Below the pieces are notes generated by a model that saw only the letters and a list, made by a program, of their open reading frames with translations, did no database searches and was not told the DNA's origin. This document shows, piece after piece, positions 62,030 to 64,000 of a stretch of DNA of 64,000 bases (position 1 is its first letter; every line of letters begins with the position of its first letter). The stretch covers positions 23,661,024-23,725,023 of the forward strand of contig NC_068999.1 in NCBI RefSeq assembly GCF_001194135.2, read 5' to 3'. This DNA is from Octopus bimaculoides. Its lineage: Eukaryota. A program made the position numbers and the translations under genes.

Positions 62030-62764
62030 GCTCAATGGTTTCAGTCATTAGACTACAGCCATGCTGAGTCACCACCTTGAAGAATTCTTACTCGAATGAA
62101 TCAACCCCAGTATTTGTTTTTTAAGTCTGGTACTTATTCTATCAGTCTCTTTGCCGAACTGCTAAGTTACAGGATGTAAACACACCAACACTGGTTGTCA
62201 AGTGGTGGTGGGGGGGGGGGACAAACATAGACACAAAGACATGCACACACACACACTTAGATATATTACCTATCTATGACTGTGACCTTGAGTTGTTTTA
62301 ACACCTGACGCTTTCAGAGAGTCATTTCCACCAGGTCAAATCACAGCCAACTGGCAAACAAACAAAGCACATACATTTTGTATGTGTGTTCAATAATGTT
62401 TACAACACTCACACTGATTCTAATTCATATTTGAATTTATTCCTATGTATGCATTGTTTGGATATAGCAACAGATGATTTTTACCCATTTTACATATAGT
62501 CATGGAGAGGCGATTCAGTTTGCTCTCAGATTGGTTCAAGTACATGGCATTGATAAGTCACAAAAATGGTGAAACATTGAAATCCATTGCTCCTGAATGG
62601 GACTTAAGGTGAGTTGTCTCATCTGTCTATGTCTATGACTTACAGGTGCTCTAACACCTGGTGCTTCAAGAGAGTCATCTCCACTGCATCAAATCAGACA
62701 CAACCAATGCACAAGCAACACACATACATTGTGTATGTCTGTTTGATTAAAGAAGACCCTTGTC

Positions 62765-62806
<42 letters not shown>

Positions 62807-62930
62807 CGATAGTCTTCTTTCAGTTTCAATCTATGAAATCCACTCATAAGGCTTCGGTTAGCCTGAGGCTATAGTAGAAGACTGAACCCAGAACCATGTG
62901 GTTATGAAGCAAGCTTCTTACACACAGCCT
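62030..62930 (-). mobile_element. SINE family A split by other sequence at its microsatellite
   Basis: Tail at 62030-62250; head at 62810-62930. Confidence 0.65.
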
Positions 62931-63149
62931 GAGTTATTTTTGTTTTAATTTATTTTTATTAGTCTTTATTTTCATTGTTATAGTCTGGAGAGAGCAGTTG
63001 TGCTATCCATGAATCATGAAAATGATGTGGCCAAGTCAACTAATACAGAAAAGATATGAAGAAATGGAAGTCTAGAGAGGAAGGGCTACATACAGTGATT
63101 GACATGGGTCTGTTAAGACAATACTGGTGACAACAAGAAGGAAAGAGTG

Positions 63150-64000
63150 AGTTGGAAATACTTGGATGAGACAGCATAAGTTCAGCCAGTTCCAAACAGT
63201 AGAAACTAGAAACCATTGCTGTAGAGAAGGGAGATAAAGTAATCATTTAAGTAACTTTCCTTTGAATCTTGTCGACAGCACCATTCTAAATGTGGGAGTA
63301 GTACTCCATTGTGGACTACTTGCACTTTGTAGAGAGTTAGGAGCTATTGAGAGCTGGAGTATTTTCTGATTTTGAACAAAAGGCCGGTTTTTATGAAGCA
63401 GTTTTGGCTATGTTGAGAATGTGTATTCACCAAGCAAGATCTTCAGTGATAATGAACCCTAGCATTTATAGCAGTCATAAGAGTTCTAGTTGCTTGTTGT
63501 TCATGTTTAGTGGAATGAGGTGTGTGTGTGTGTGTTTTCCAACATGGTTTTGTGAGGTATATAAACCTAGCGGGTCCCATGTTTGCTCTTATCAGTTGTC
63601 AATGTTGGCTAGCCACAGTAAACGTTGATGAAACTCAAGTTAGTTAAAATTTACTATAGTCGGTTAATCCTCACTTGGTAAATCCAAATGTCTCTATAAG
63701 GACTACATAGTTTCCATAAGGTCCTGGTAGGGTATAAATGTAGGGCATTTCCAAAGCAGCACCCAACCCGAGTTCTGGGCTACCTTCAGATGTAGAAAAT
63801 CCTGGTTTCCTGATGGTAAAACTCTGTGCATGCATGTGTGTGAATTGTGTTGCTGTATTGTTGAAGAAGATAAGATTGCATGATGTTTTCAAAGCTTCTG
63901 TTTATAGTTTTAATGTGGATTTAGCATGGGGTGTTCAGAATTCATCTGGATAATGCTTGGGTGTGAAAAACCTTTAGTAAAGAATAGAAAGGGCGATATC
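63150..64000 (-). mobile_element. Degraded CR1-like LINE RT region (runs off the window end)
   Basis: Minus strand YRP.S..; LGFIITEDLAW..HILNIAKTAS..LLFKIRKY..LYK..TMEYYSHI..DKIQRK. Confidence 0.65.

Overview
AT-rich, repeat-dense animal DNA from a gapped draft assembly; the SINE/LINE repertoire points to an octopod cephalopod (inference). The window holds the 3' part of a + strand Shank/ProSAP (postsynaptic scaffold) gene: a 100-nt pre-PDZ linker exon (1232-1331), three PDZ exons (38676-40993), a 90-nt proline/Ser exon (41968-42057) and one 3.3-kb terminal exon (44082-47395) encoding the proline-rich region and a SAM domain. The 5' (ankyrin/SH3) exons appear to lie upstream of the window. 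Inside the 37-kb intron is a 1.2-kb ORF (16403-17637), closed upstream by an in-frame stop, whose phase-2 donor joins the PDZ exon in frame. It sits in a CpG-retaining zone free of recognisable transposons and looks like an alternative first exon giving a 1668-aa PDZ-PRR-SAM isoform with an unrelated 411-aa N-terminus. The rest is mobile DNA: tRNA-derived SINEs of at least three families, RTE LINE fragments with a PHD-like finger, a Rex3-like RTE, CR1-like and HERO-like relics, several GIY-YIG Penelope-like relics, an inverted pair of minimal variant hammerhead ribozymes, mariner/maT relics, MITEs and a solo LTR. All assignments are by-eye motif recognition; no searches were run, and repeat boundaries are approximate.
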